Shown piece by piece: positions 1-13,690 of a stretch of DNA of 64,000 bases. Numbering within the stretch: position 1 is the stretch's first letter; each line of letters opens with the position of its first letter. The stretch comes from Camelus dromedarius (lineage: Eukaryota): assembly GCF_036321535.1 (NCBI RefSeq), contig NC_087437.1, positions 67,582,001-67,646,000 on the forward strand, given 5' to 3'. Under the pieces are notes generated by a model that saw nothing but the letters and a program-made list of their open reading frames with translations, was not told where the DNA came from and did not search any database. The position numbers and the translations under genes are program-made.

Positions 1-199
1 CATTGGTGAGAAAGTTGGAATCATTGCTGAGGAGGAAGGCAGGAAGAAAGATCCAGTAGGAGGCATTTCACATGAATATCTTTCTGCCTTTTAAAACTTT
101 ATTTGCTCAAAGCCATTAATTAGTCTTCCTGTAACCAGTTTCTTCTTGCTCTTCCATTCTTGTTCATAGAGTCAACATTGTTCCTTGAAACTAGAATGC

Positions 200-910
200 A
201 AACTTTGGAGCTATGATCTTAGTAGTCCTCTGTCTCTCTCCATGTTTACTTTAGATTCCTTCTCATAAAAATTTCTTCTATTTTCATCTTTTCCACTCTG
301 GCCTTCTTCCCCTTTGATCTACAACATCTCATGCCTCTAACGCTGCAATGACTTACCCAGTATTTCTCTCCTGGTGCTCCTGCCTTCTCATCACTAATGT
401 ATTGATCTTCTTAAAACATGTCTTTGATTATATTGAGGGCAGGAGTGTTCATTATCTCCACATTAGTTACAGAATTGAGGTCAGACTGCCTTATTTGTCA
501 TTCACCTTCTTTCCCAGTTGAGTTCCACCTTCTTTGTGAAGACTTCTACTGCTGCCTTCATGAGTGTTTTGTCGAGAACAGTTGTTCCATGGATGGTAAC
601 CCTGGCAGTAACTCGACTTCTGTCCCTTTGGTCATCTTTATTCCATTTTACTCCCATTATTTCTGTAATTCCTCAGTGTATTTCAAGCCCAAATATCACA
701 TTTCTATGGTTCTCATTTTGAAAACTACTTATTTGTATCCTATCATAAACAAGTATTGTTAATTTTTTTATGCATTTGTGTCTCTAAACTGCATGTGCCT
801 TAAAAACAGGAACTGTCTTAACCTCTCCTTTGTCTACTCCATGATCCTACACGCACCAGGGGCAAAGTTTGGCTTATGTGATTCTCGAGGATATAGTGGG
901 TAAATGAAAA
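200..910 (+). mobile_element. Highly degraded L2 LINE 3' region
   Basis: Pyrimidine-rich sequence with L2-like order of motifs (ctgcaatgac..., atcttcttaaaacatgtctttgat, ctaaactgcatgtgccttaaaaacaggaactgtctt) ending in taaatgaa. Confidence 0.5.
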
Positions 911-1399
911 TAATCATGGGATTATTAATTATAAATTTTGAGAGGAATTTTTCAAACCTCCTAAGGATTTGTAGCAGCATAGTGATTTTACAACACAAAT
1001 AGTATTATATTGCTCACCTTCCCCTAAAACAATCTTCTTGGAAAAGTGAACCTTATAATATTTCTAAGCAAAATTATAGTTTGTTTGATATTCTGTTGTT
1101 TTGCATACTTTTGTTGTGTCTGGATGTCAGGAAAGCATATCAATACAAAACTCAGTGGGCTAACACTCCAAGTTTCTCCCTCTTGACCCACCTGAATTAC
1201 TGGGAAGGCTGGTGCAGCTTTAAATTACTGTTTCCGTCAACATCAAAAGAACAGCTATCATCATGTAATACATATTAATACCAGAGCAGATCAACTTGAG
1301 GCTCACCTGGGGGGCTCCGATGACTGGTGGTTCCTGAATCATTTGCAGAGCAGACTATTTTGTATGTGAGTGAAATATACTACTTCTTAGACAGAAACA

Positions 1400-2850
1400 T
1401 TCTTTGGGACTCTTTTAGTTTTATGGTCACTTCTATGTTTCCCTTTTGCCATATATTTTAAAGGCACACCTGATTCTCCTGTGTTCTTTCATGCACAGCC
1501 CATTGCCTGGCTGGTGGGCACAGTGCTAAAGCTCACCTCCTCTGCACAGCTTGTTAATTTCTGCTCTGCTCATGCTCTGCTGTGGTCAGGGAACATTTTC
1601 TAGTCCTCTTATCCATAACCACTGATTCCCTATTTGAGATCCATGCAATTTTTCCTTTTAAAAGAATAGCCTTGCCTCATACATGTGGAAATCCATTGTG
1701 TTTATTGCCAGTGTCATTTTGAATTCTCATCTTAACCGGAATGTTGCTAAATATCTCTACCAACCTACGTTTTTATCCCATTACCGAGGACACTGATGAA
1801 CTTTAAAAAAAAAAAAAAAAATTGGTCCCAGTATTCACCCTGGCAGAACACTGCTTCCTATGTCCCCTCTGGGTAACATTACTCTTATGGAGGAAATTTA
1901 TTCTGAATGACCCTCCAACTAGCAATTAGGCAGTCTGGGCCATAATTTCTCATCAAATTGATAATGGTGTAATGAAGGAAAGAATGTAAAGCTTTGCTAA
2001 AGTCAAAAGGGGCTCCATTGTCTCTCTTTCATCTACCTGTCCTGTCATTTCTTCATAGAAGATTAATCTCGTAATTTCATAAAATGCTGACACAAGCTTT
2101 ATGGCTTCATCACCAAGTAGTTGATATCCTCATTATGGCCTTCTTGTGGCTGGAATAATTCTTCTTACAACATACTTGAATTCAGACAGAGATGGAATTT
2201 CAGAAGCTTACCAGGATCATTCTTTATCGGAATTTTGCTGGTATTTCTCCATAATCAAGCGGAATGCCTAGCAAAGCTTCTGCAGTCTTAATTTGACTGA
2301 TAAATTCCTTTCTACCTGTGATAGGATAGAGCTCTGTTGTGGTCTACAAGATTGTAGTGTAGGCTTTGTGTCTGTTGTGTGATGGTCATTCTCAAATGTG
2401 CTGGAGGAGGAGATAGCAAAGACATGGTGTTTATTCTTTGAGTGCCCACTGTGTCCTTGTGACTCTCTTCTAAGCACTACTTTGTATGTCATGAACGTGA
2501 GTCATTCAGAAGGGGCAAAGGGCCCTTAAGGCTAAACGTATGGTAAAAGATGGTTATGGTGTCGGAAAACAACAACATTCTTCTGATGCTGATCTTGTTA
2601 TGCATTAACAGACAGGCTGAGATCATCAGTCTCCCTAAGGATTAACTTGGCCTGGCATTGCAATGAGTTGTCCATGAGGCCCCGTCTATGAACTGGCATG
2701 TTTTCGCTTCTCTGAACAGTGACTCATTAGGCCACTGAAATGATCAGAGTTTAGTGTGTATGGGTTTACTGCTCACAGCTCCAGAGCTATCTCAGGTTTA
2801 ATGTGCCTTCATCAAGATACTATGATGCCCTTCAAGCTGCTGCATCGAGT
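1400..2850 (-). mobile_element. Ancient CR1/L3-type LINE remnant with reverse transcriptase fragments
   Basis: Minus-strand translation gives IFYEEMTGQVDERETME then, after a frameshift, FDFSKA (1985-2070; cf. CR1 FYDKVTGLVDEGRAVDVIYLDFSKAF). It also gives SSVLPG*ILGP (1823-1855; cf. SGVPQGSVLGP) and a KMRIQND segment near 1715-1735. Extent beyond 1700-2070 is inferred. Confidence 0.65.
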
Positions 2851-2999
2851 AGAGCTTTTTGAACATCCATTGCAGAATTTGTGGTTCTGTGGAGTCTTCA
2901 AAAAGGAAGGTATCACTTTTTTTTGAGGGGCATGACATTTGATTTGGGTTTAGTTTGCATCTTATTGACTCCATCAGGTCTTCTAATCTTTCTCATCAT

Positions 3000-4340
3000 T
3001 TCCTCATTGAAAAAATACAGTTTTTTTCTCATGCAACTCCCCTAACAGGTTCTATATTAATTTGACTTTTGATGTTTATCTTTTTTTACTATATTTGTTA
3101 ACATTTCTGTTACTTCTCTGTTTTTAATTCATTAGTCTCTGACTTCATCTTTCCTTCTTTCAGCTATTCTTTTGAAAATATTAAATCCTTACTTGTATTT
3201 GATACATGACATTTTCCTTATTCCTTAATTGTTAAGAAATTTCATGCTATGCAATTGCAACAATAGTTTCAGCCACACGCCTTCTCAGTGAGGAGGCAGG
3301 CCAAGCTGCTGTAACAAACAGATCCCAAAATACAGTGGCTCAAACAGGTGATAATGTGTTTCTCTTCGATACAATAGTCCAGATAAGTAAGCCGTTAAGT
3401 GCTATCATTCATGGGACTTAAGTTTCTTTCATTTTCTCATTCCGTCATTCCTGCCGTACTGTCTTCATCTGCATCTTCAGAACCAAGACAACACAACTCT
3501 CAAATCTAGTCTACATAATAGAAAGAGAGAAAAAGTCCAGAATAAGTGACTTTGTTTATAAGATGCTGACCTGGAAGCTGCACCAGTTATTTCTCTAGAT
3601 ACCATTGGCCAGACCGTTGCTACATGGCCAACTGTAGTTACAAAGAAGGTTGGAACCAGTTGTACTACAAAACAGGTTGGAAAATGTCTCCAACTCTGTG
3701 ACATTCTGTATCAATAGGAAGATAGGCAAAATCAGTTTTGGAGCCATACCCTTATTGTAATAAGTGATGTTCTCATTTTTACTATTCCGTAAATAGTTTA
3801 TGATTTTGTTTTCCTCTTTGATTCAATAGTAATTTTGAAGAGTTTTAGAATACCATTAATTTGAATTTTAAACATATTTATTATTTCTAACAATTGTGTA
3901 GCAGTTAAAGAAAGAAATGTTTGCTTTCTTCTTGTTTTCAATGAGAGGGCTTAGGCCCTTGTCAATTATTGTAAATGTTCCATGGATTCTTGGAAAGAAA
4001 GTCTACAATCTGTTTATAGGATTAAAAATCCAAATGTATGTCATAATAACTTTCATAATAATATTTTCAACTTGTCAACCTTTTTCAGTACATTTTTTCC
4101 ATTGATCTAGCAAAAATATGTAGTTCCATTAAGATATCCCACAATGTTATTGTATCTCTAACATTTTTGCTTTTTATATTTTATTCTGTCATTCAACACC
4201 TAAAATTCTGTAATTCTTTTATTCTGAAGGTTACGTTTTATTAATATAAAATAACCCCATTTGTTCTTTTTAAATTTTTATTTGAATTTAATATCTCATA
4301 CTGTTAATGTTGAAGTTTTTGCTTTGTTTTTATTAGGTTA
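3000..4340 (-). mobile_element. Old L1 ORF2 (endonuclease-region) remnant, interrupted by an MLT1 LTR
   Basis: T-rich antisense L1 texture with motifs such as gtaaatgttccatggattcttggaaagaaagtctac and atatcccacaatgttattgtat. Confidence 0.55.
3283..3750 (-). mobile_element. MaLR LTR, old MLT1 subfamily (MLT1I/J/K-like)
   Basis: gctgctgtaacaaacagatcccaaaatacagtggctcaaaca and ccattggccagaccgttgctacatggcca are antisense MLT1 hallmarks. Confidence 0.65.
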
Positions 4341-4883
4341 ATGAATTTAGTAAGGAGAAAGTTAAATTATTTTTGGACTTAAGAAGATGTATTCAGCATG
4401 AAGGGTGCTTGTTGGTGGGGGGAAGGGAGGAGTGTGTGAAACATTTTATGTTAAAAAATAAAACAAAACAAAACCAGGGACTCCCTGGTATTGAGAAATG
4501 CTTTCCTTCCTCAAGATTTAAGTTACTTAAAGGTATCAATGTGGTCAAGAGTGACCTGTCCAGATTCTAGTGACCAGGAATAGCTAATCTTCCTGAAATA
4601 ACATTACCATGAAGGCTTAAATACGCTGGATCAGTGGGCTTATCTGAGCACTAAGTTGGTTGTTAAAGGTGAAATGTGCTTCTAAATTCCTGAGACAGTG
4701 GAAAAAGAACTTTCCCAGCCCTGCCATCTTCAGATTAAGCTTTTGCCCAGAGGAACCAAGCCTGCAGGTGAATCTAAATTGCTTTAACATCCAAGAGCCT
4801 AGATTTTTGTTGGCTAAGAACACTTTGGTGGATCATAGCATAGAGGAAAGGATGTTTTCTGTGGAAAATTCTCTGTGATAGAT

Positions 4884-5293
4884 TGTACTATTATATCTCA
4901 TCCTCAAATGTGGATGAAATATATTTCCTTACCCTATTCTCAGGCTGTGCCACCCTCATTACTTATTTTAACTAGTGGAATTGAGATGATATGCTATCTA
5001 ATTATCAAGCAACTGTTTTAAAGAAAGTTGTATGATTCAGTTAAGCCCCTTGTGGTTTCTCCTTCAGCTATGAGAATAATGTGGTTCAAATAGGAGATGC
5101 TGCTTCTGCCACACCCTAGAATGAAGACTTGTGAAACATATCTGAACTGAATGCTAGCATAGAACATAACTGCAGCTGATCAGCAACCTAAATGTAATGT
5201 GAGAAAGAAGTAAAACTCAGTTGTAATTCACTGAAATGGGGAGGGGGGAGGGTATTTTTTACACAGCCTAACCTAGCAATACTGACTAACACA
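4884..5293 (+). mobile_element. MaLR LTR (MLT1H/I-like), possibly followed by a short MaLR internal start
   Basis: MLT1-type 3' end ...acacagcctaacctagcaatactgactaacaca; internal aatgtgagaaagaagtaaaactcagttgtaa. Confidence 0.7.
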
Positions 5294-5722
5294 GAAGTTT
5301 GTTACATGGAAGTTTTGTCTCTGTGGCAATATGGAAGAATACGGAGTAGATTTTTGGGACATGTGCAAGCAATGGGAAGATTTTTTTTTAAATATATTTA
5401 TTGTTTATTCCATTTATTTGTTTTGCATATATAAGATTAGTGTTGGATAAGAAAAGTTGTTATTTTAAGAAATTTTTTTTACTAAAATGGTATTCCAAGG
5501 TAAGTGTATCCATATTGTTCCTTTTTTAACCACTCATGCAGACAGTGAAATAACCTTAAAAACTCTTCAGAAGTTTGTATGTGGACATTTATGAAACTTG
5601 AGAATACAACATAAAGAATTTCGATATAAACTTCACACAGCTTGAATAGTTAACATTCTACCATTTTTGCTCTGAGTGACTATCTGAATATTCTTGCTGT
5701 AGATCACTATATGGTATTAAAC

Positions 5723-5790
5723 TCTATCTATCTATCTATCTCTCTATTTCTCTATCTCTTTATCATCTATCTACCATCTTCTATTTGTCT
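5723..5790. repeat. Degenerate (TATC)n microsatellite
   Basis: tctatctatctatctatctctctatttctctatctc... seen directly. Confidence 0.7.
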
Positions 5791-5899
5791 ATATCATCTC
5801 CCACTCTTTCTTTAGAGTTTTTCTTTGGTTGTTTTTTGATATTTTTTGTTTGCTTTTTGTTTTAATACAATGGACCAGTCTTTATATATAAATAAAATG

Positions 5900-8010
5900 T
5901 GAAACTCTTTTGAGTTTAACAGATAAATTCTTCAGTATTTCTAACAGATATGAACTTAAAAATCGTAACTGTTATAACTGTGATACTAATATTACACTAA
6001 CATTTTAAATTTATTTAATCTTATCTAGCTGTCAATTATGTTGACTTTTTCCAAATTATTTCAGAAATGCCTAAATAATTGGTTTGTGTGAATTAGTATC
6101 AAATGGTTCACAAGTTTATGTTTGATTGGCATATCTGTTATGTTTCTTTTAATCAATAATAATTCAGCTTACTTTTATTCCACCTCCTTTATGCTGTTAA
6201 AAAATAGAGTCACTTTGTAGAATTTCCCCCATTTTGAATTTGATTGGTTATTTTCTCATACTCTCACATAACTTTGTATCCTATAATCAGATTTCCGGTA
6301 AGCTAATAGAGCTAGAAGCTTGGTGATGTTCAGGTTAATTGGTTGTTCTTGATGATGACAATGCTATTCCTATTGCATTACATGGAGGCCCATGGTATTT
6401 TGTGGTTGCACTTTTAGTTATGCTAAGATTGGCCTATAGGATCAGGCCTATTCGTCTATTCCCTCCTTTAAATTTCTCCAACAATGTTTCTACTGATGGT
6501 TTAAGCAGTTATTGTTGGTAAATATCTAAATCTATTATTTCATTAAGGTTTATAAAATGGTGATTTCTTAGTTTCGTATTTCTTCTGCATGTATTAGCTG
6601 AGATTCTTCTACAGAGGAGGTATATTTGATCAACTATTTGTTTACACTGAAATTTTGTCCATATGGGAAAGGCAGGATAGATGCTTGAATTTTTTCTTTA
6701 TCAATTTTCAAAATGATTACTTTCAGTGGTTAGCAATAAAATTTTTTAGCATAATTAGGAAATCAAATTATTTTATCTTTGGTTATTTGAGGTCCTTTAA
6801 ATTTGACTCCTGTGTCTCTTTACAATGATCCTCCTAGTCTTTGATAATGCTTTGCTTTTAAGCAAATCATAAGCAAGTCATACATTTATATTTCCTGCAT
6901 CCAAACATGGATTCAGCTATTTTTCCTAGAAATCCTGGATCCTCTTAATTATAAATGGGATTTAGGGATAATAATATGAATACTCAGGGTACTAACTGCT
7001 ACTGAGTTGCTATTGCTTTTAGCCCATTTTGAGTGGACAAAACTAGAAAATATGTAATTTCTACAAAGGGAAAATAAATAAATTGAGTTTCTGCTCATCT
7101 TACTAATTCAAATGAAAACATTGTTACTCAACCCTATTTAAATTACTGTAATATTTGTATATCTTTCCTCTTATTCTGAAAATCTTGGATCCTCATAATA
7201 TTAATAGTGTTTGTTCACTCCTCATCTATCGATCATCTTTCTTTCTATCTATATCTATCTGTAATATTGAGGTCCTGTTTGGAGGCCAGTAATTTGCCCC
7301 TCTTGAGTAGCTAATAGAGTTCATACCACAACCAATTCCCTTTTCTGAGGTTGCTGTGCACCCGCCCTTAATCATCCTGGGGCTGTCTATCAAACAAGGG
7401 AATCCCTATGTCCAGGAACCTAGGAATTTGTTCACATTAGCTAATCCACTGGAATCCTGTGAAACCTAACTAACCTCATCCCGCTTGCCATACATAAGCT
7501 GCTTTCTCCAGCTCCAGCTCGCTGTTTCCTTGACCCTAGTGCAAACCCCTGTGTGGACCTGTGTGTTGGCCTTCTTTTGTTTGGAGCTGTAAATAACAGA
7601 GGTCTGCCTTTTATCTATTTTGTTTTTGTGTGTACCACCAACAAACGAAAAGATCTTTAAATCTTATAAAACATCATCTTTCTCTCTCTCTGTTGCAAAA
7701 TAACAACACAAATATTGTTATCAATAATTAGATAAATGAATGCAGTTTACGTATCTTTGTGCTTATTTTGTTTTTAGAATAGTTCCTCTTGAGGGAGGTG
7801 CAGCCCAAATACTGTGTGTTTCAAATTCCTTCTCTTGCATACTTCTCATCCCTGGAAATAGTATTCTGTATGGCTATGCCAACAATTTGACATACAGTTA
7901 GGCTTCTTTGTTCCAGCTTGTTTTTGAATTTAGGGATTACTTTGCTATTTTAAAATTATGTAAAATATTTGCATACCTGCAAGGCTAAATGTACAAAACA
8001 ACAGAGATGA
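5900..8010 (-). mobile_element. L1MC4/5-like 3' UTR remnant, interrupted by an LTR at 7260-7673
   Basis: ttctgcatgtattagctgagattcttctacagagga...tcaactatttgtttacactgaaattttgtccatatgggaaaggcaggatagatgcttgaatt resembles the antisense L1MC 3' UTR. Confidence 0.6.
7260..7673 (+). mobile_element. Solo ERVL-class LTR (MER54/MER74/LTR53-like)
   Basis: TG...CA termini (tgtaatattg...atcttataaaaca), ~414 bp, abrupt GC rise within an L1, imperfect 5-bp flanks ctatc/tcatc. Confidence 0.6.
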
Positions 8011-8294
8011 AGAGAAGTCTAACTTCAATAACTGCCCCCCAAATCCTCTCCCATTCTGTCCTTTCTCTGAATGTTACCATTTTTACTAGTTCTTGATTTC
8101 ACATCCCATTGTTTCTTTATGAAAAATTCTATATATTCACAAACACATACACACATGCGTGTGCATGTATTTTCTCTAATCTTCTTTATCAAACATAGTA
8201 TATTATGCACACTTTTCTATACCTTGCTTTCTTAATTAATATTTCCTGAACATGACTCCATACAACATATAGCTATTTCTTACTCTTTTTAAAA

Positions 8295-10365
8295 AAAAGA
8301 ATTTTATTGTTAAGGACAGTTTTACATTTGCAGAAAAATTGCAAAGGTTGTACAGAGAGTGCCAATAAACCTGCACTCACCTTCCTTTATTATTGATGTC
8401 TTGAGTTAATATGGTAAATTTTTACCATGAATGAACCAATACTGATATTATTAATGGAAATCTCTACTTTATTCATATTTCCTTAGTTTTAATCTAATAT
8501 TCTTTTACTGTTCTAGAATCCCATCCAGGATACCACATTACACTTAGTGGTCATTTTTCTTTAGAACCCTCTTGGCTGTGATAGTTTCTCATATTGTCCT
8601 TGTTTGTGATAACCTTGATTGTTTTGAAAAGTACTACACAGATATTTTATAGAAAGTCCCTCTATTGGGATTTTTCTCATGATTTTCTCATGATTAGGCT
8701 ATATTGATATATTTTGGGGAGGAAGACCACAGAGGTAAAGTGCCATTTTAAAAGCATCATATCAAGGATATATACTATCAACATTACTTGTTACTATTTA
8801 TGCTGACCTTATTCACCTGGCTGAGGTGGATCTCTCGCTATAAATTCACTCGTCCCCCCCCCCCCCCCTTTCATACTGTTCTTTTTAAAAGGAAGACATT
8901 ATGTACTGCCCACACTTAGAAAGGAGAGATACTCTCCATTTCCTTGAGAGTGGAATATTCATATAAATTATTTTGGGGAGGTTTGTCTTTTCTCTTCTAT
9001 TTATTTATTCAATCATTTATATTAGTGTAAACTCATCAATATTTATTTGACATATTGGGTTATAGTCTGATACTGTTTTACTTGTACTCTTGCTCACATG
9101 ACCCTTGGTTTGGCCATTCAGTGGTCGTTCAGTCGGCTTCTGTGTCCTTCTGAAATACACCAAAATTTGTAAGAGATTTATTTATGTTGTTGAGGACTTC
9201 CTTATTTTTTGGCACAACAATATGCTCTAGAATCATCTTGTATATTACTTGCCCTAGTCCTAGAATCAGCCATTTCTCCAAGGAGCTCAGGTTCCCTTCA
9301 TTGGAGAATGACATTAGAAACCAAGATCTGAGCACAAGTTGTGCTCATTGCTACTGGGGTGTTATTCCTTCTGAACCCTCTCAGCTAATAGATCGAGGAA
9401 ATACATATGGCTATATTAACACTTATATACACATAACCATAAGTATCTCTATATGTAATCATCTGTATTTATTAGTTCATACTGATGTCTCCAACTTAAT
9501 CAATTACTGCATCCAGCTTCCTCCTCTTGCTTTATCTGTAAACTCCCACTGAGTTGAGAGTTTAATGAGAAAGTTGTAAACCCAAGGAAAACAGCTTTAT
9601 AAACAGGAATACAATGCTTATTGGCAGTGGGTTTTTGTTGTTGTTTTTGTTGTCGTCGTTTTTTCCTTGAGTTGACAGATCCCAGTTATTTCCAAAGTTA
9701 CTTAGGCCATACCTCTTTCTCCCAGCCCCTTCAGTGAGCTTGTTGGCTTGTTTCCTGTATTTGTAATACAGTTAACTTTTGTCAGTCTGCAGTCCATGCT
9801 AGGATTCCCTGACCAGAAGTTTTCTGTTTGTTTCTTTTATTACTTACATTAAATCTTACTCTTTGTGCAGTAAAGTTCTATGGATTTTGACATATGTATA
9901 ATGTCATATACAGACCATTATAATAACATTCAGAATAGTTTCACCTCTGGTGGGTGGGGAGGAAACTTCCCTTGTTTAATAAATCCCCCAGCGATCATTG
10001 CCATTTTTTATTGTTTCCATAGTTTGTCTTTTCCAAAATATCATATAATTGGAATCATACAGTATAAGGCCTTTTCTGACTGTCTTAATTCACTTAGCAA
10101 TATTCATTTAAGGTTCATCCATATTATCCCATGAATTAATAGGTTTGGTTTTTTTTTTTTTTGTATCATTGAACATTATGTTACTGTATGGATATACCAG
10201 TTTATCCATGTGCCTACTGAAGATAATCTTGATTGCTTCTAGTTTTTTTGCAATTATGAATACACTGCTATGAACATCTGTGTTCAGGTTCTTGTGTGGA
10301 ATTAAATTTTCCATTCATTTTGAGAAAGCCTTAGGAGCATGATTGTTGGATTATATAGTAAGACT
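8295..10365 (-). mobile_element. L1MC/L1MD-type 3' end
   Basis: gacagttttacatttgcagaaaaattgcaaaggttgtacagagagt, atcccatccaggataccacattacac, aatcagccatttctccaaggagc and ggaatcatacagtataaggccttttctgactg are antisense L1MC/MD 3' motifs. Confidence 0.75.
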
Positions 10366-10367
10366 GT

Positions 10368-10605
10368 GAAACTGGAGAAATAAGTCTTACTAATATATTT
10401 TATTTAACACAATATATAAAAAATTCACTTCAACAAATAATCTATATACAACTTGCATGTAAGATATTTTACATTATTTTTTGTACAAAGTCTTTGAAAT
10501 CCAGTATATATTTTACACCCTCAGTAGTCTATTTTGTCTAGCCACATTTCAAGTGTTCAGTAGCCACATGTGGCTAGTAGCTACTCTTTTAGGGTTAGCA
10601 GAGCT
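10368..10605. mobile_element. MER33-like hAT-Charlie non-autonomous DNA transposon (partial)
   Basis: aatatattttatttaacacaatatat...ctagccacatttcaagtgttcagtagccacatgtggctagtagctac. Confidence 0.75.
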
Positions 10606-10848
10606 ATAGACCATAATTTGTTTTCTTTAAGCTTTTATAACATGTTGAAAGATAGAAGTATTTTTTAATTCTACCAATAATAAATTTATAAAATTCATAT
10701 TTTAATCTGTAGCTCTCAAATTATTATAGTAAAAAACAAACCAATTTGTGACTGTCCCTATACGTTTTGAAGAGGTTGGTATTATTTAACTGACCTCACT
10801 CTCACGTACTTAGCAAAATTTTTTGATTACTCATCATTGCTTATTGTT

Positions 10849-11046
10849 GGTTTTTTTAAACATTTTTTTATTGAGTTATAGTCAGTTTACAATGTTGTGT
10901 CAATTTCCAGTGTAGAGCACAAATTTCAGTCATGAACATACATATATTCCTTGTCACATTCTTTTTCACTGTGAGCTACCACAAGGTCTTGTATATATTT
11001 CTCTGTGCTATACAGTATAATCTTGTTTATCTATTCAATATATGCC
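10849..11046 (-). mobile_element. Young, 5'-truncated camelid-type L1 3' end with perfect 17-bp target-site duplication
   Basis: TSD catcattgcttattgtt at 10832-10848 and 11047-11063; antisense tail and 3' UTR ttattgagttatagtcagtttacaatgttgtgtcaatttccagtgtagagcac. Confidence 0.9.
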
Positions 11047-12149
11047 CATCATTGCTTATTGTTAGAAAACTCTTCAGTGTTAGGTATTTCTTCTAAATAA
11101 TACAATAGTTGCATTTCAGAAATTTTCATTTTGCTATGAGGTAATTTGTACAGAACTGTATAATAATTTAGGCCTATTGCAAAGTCATATTTCTTATACT
11201 TACAAGAATTGTTTTGTTCAAAAAGCCATGTTACCCAGAATGCCATTTTCTTCCATGAATTTGCAACTTTGCTTTTGTGTTAAGAGAAAACCTTATTAAT
11301 CCAATATTGGTTTATTTAGGACAGCAAGAGGACTGCTAGTCCCCAGATATCTAGATGCTCTGTTACTTTAATAAAAATATTTTAGATAATCTCAAGCAAG
11401 TTAATTGCAATTCTGTACTTTTTTTTCTCTTGGTCCCCTGTGTTAAGAATTAATAAGATTTTTACTGCATTATGTTAGCATTTTCCTGATACTAAAATTA
11501 AGCTTATAGTACTGTAGTTTCTAGGGTAATTCTTTTTTATATTTTAAAATGATGGTAGTACTCTGACTTTTATCAAATATTCTACTTGTTTCCCGTAATG
11601 TCTCAAACTATTACCAAGATCTATGTACATAATTTTATGGGTTTATATCAGTCTTGGTTTAATTAAATCTATTTTTATAATTTGACCAAAAAGATAAATT
11701 AGGAAGTACTTTCTAAAGTTTTTTTTTTTTTTCCAAAAGTATTGTTCTCATTATAGAAGCAGTCGCTATAGATTTCCTTTCAACAGCACACTTACCTCTT
11801 GCCAAAGTGCTGGAAGACGTGTTATCTATGCATGTTTGTATCTTGAAAGGACAGAGTGTATGTAAAAACGGAGAGGGTAAAATATAAATGAGAGAATTGG
11901 TACTGAGAGGGAGGGAAGGGATCAAAAGCCCAGCAAAGAGAGTCTTATATGAGCAATTAGGAGGTGCATTTCTTCTGTAACTACATTTATACTTGAGACA
12001 ATTAACCATCAGCAAGACAGAACTGCCCCTAAGGAAAATAAAGTTTTCCCATATTTATGGATAAGAGGCTGAAAAACCCACAGGTATCTTCTCCCCTTTT
12101 GCCATCTTACTTGCGATCATTATGAGGAATTAAAAGAGTGTAGAAATAT

Positions 12150-12560
12150 ACCTGGGGATGGAAAATGCGAAAAAGTGCTATTTGTGCAGCAGTCCTGAAC
12201 TTGCATCCCTATGTGCTATGGAAAATTAATAAAAAGAGAGTGATACATAGATACAGGCAGGATGTATTTCTGAAAATGTCAATGATTTTAATGATAGCAG
12301 AAACGTTAAGGCCAAAATATATTACACATGAACAGACAAGACCACAAACAAAAAGACAAAAACAGATTACCTACAAATTAGAAAAATCAGTTTGATCTCA
12401 AACTTCTCTCAAACATTAACCCCTTAAAATAAAATATATACTGATTTATCTAGCTAATTTGTTCTCTTCCGAAGGACACAGAGAATTGTTCAGATGAGAA
12501 TGCGTATGACAGTAGAAAAATCATATCCCTGAAAATTTTCTTGAGACATTTCAATGTTCA
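12150..12560 (+). mobile_element. Degraded L1/HAL1 ORF1 fragment
   Basis: RQKQITYK followed by atcagtttgatctcaaacttctc resembles the ORF1 KQITYKG..IRLTSDFS region. Confidence 0.4.
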
Positions 12561-12629
12561 CAATTAAAAACCTGAGCCAAGTAAAGTTGTGATAATCATT
12601 TACATCAGTTAAATATATAATTCATGTTA

Positions 12630-13690
12630 CTTCCATTTTATTTTTTATTAATTTATTACATGCATATTTTGGAGCTATCAAATAACGCAAAAGCATTCAT
12701 AACAAAAAGTAGTGATCTCCTGCTCCATTCTCCTAATCCCATTTCTCAGAGTCAACCACTTTCTTTTCTTGAGGCTGTTTCTTTCGGTATTTTAAATGCA
12801 TTTCTATATATCACATTGATAATTTTATTTCTTAAATTATGAAACTGAGACATTACTTATTGGCTTTCTTTAATTTGACCTAAGAAATCAATTCTCTTTT
12901 TACTCTCCCATCTTTCTGTTATATTCTAATTTTTTTATTATTTGGTTAAATAAAGAATTTACATGTTATGACTATGAAAATATAATTCCTTAATAAGCCA
13001 AGTAGTATACCATGATTACTTTTCCCCTTTAACATATAAATGTTGTTTTCTTGGATGCAGTTTACTTTGGTTTTCTATAAAAATAATGTTGTTTTCCCCT
13101 AAAATTTAAATAGATTTGTCAAAAGGCTAGCAACAAATGTTCTAAATATACACACATATTAGATAAGTCCTTTTCCACTTTATCACTGTTATTATCATCA
13201 TTATCTTCATCCTTGTGGCGTCCCTTCTTTATCTTTCTTTCTCGTGGAATTTGTACTGGCTTTTTGTCTTTCTTCAAACGGTCATCCTAAGAGTTTTTAT
13301 GTTATTTTTGTTTTCAGATCCATGCCTTCCTCTATGCTTTGCTCTGTTGTTTTGCTAAGGTAAATGTCCTGGGAACTTCCAGACAAAGTCTTTGACAGGT
13401 ATATTTTTGGATTCTTGCATATCTGAAATTGATATTATTTTCTCCTCACACTTATGTATAATTCAGTTGAATGGAGAATTTTATATTGAAAGTTATTTTT
13501 CCTGAGAATCTGGAAAACATTTCTCCACTTTTTTCTGGCATTAAGAGTTACTGTTTACTTTCTGACTCCTATTACCTTAAGATTTCTTTCTGCAGTTTTA
13601 GAATGTCCTTTATCTCTGTGTTCTGAAATTTCACAAATGGTATGTCTTCATGAGGGTTGATTAATAATCCATGTGCAAGTGTAGGAGAGA
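12630..13690 (-). mobile_element. HAL1/L1ME-like remnant
   Basis: cccatttctcagagtcaaccacttt (old L1 3' end) and ctcctcacacttatgtataattcagttgaatggagaatttta...gttattttcctgagaatc (antisense ORF1 region). Confidence 0.5.

Noticed and set aside
8854..8867. C14 homopolymer as a functional G-quadruplex
   Set aside because: Simple run inside an old L1 3' UTR; no further support
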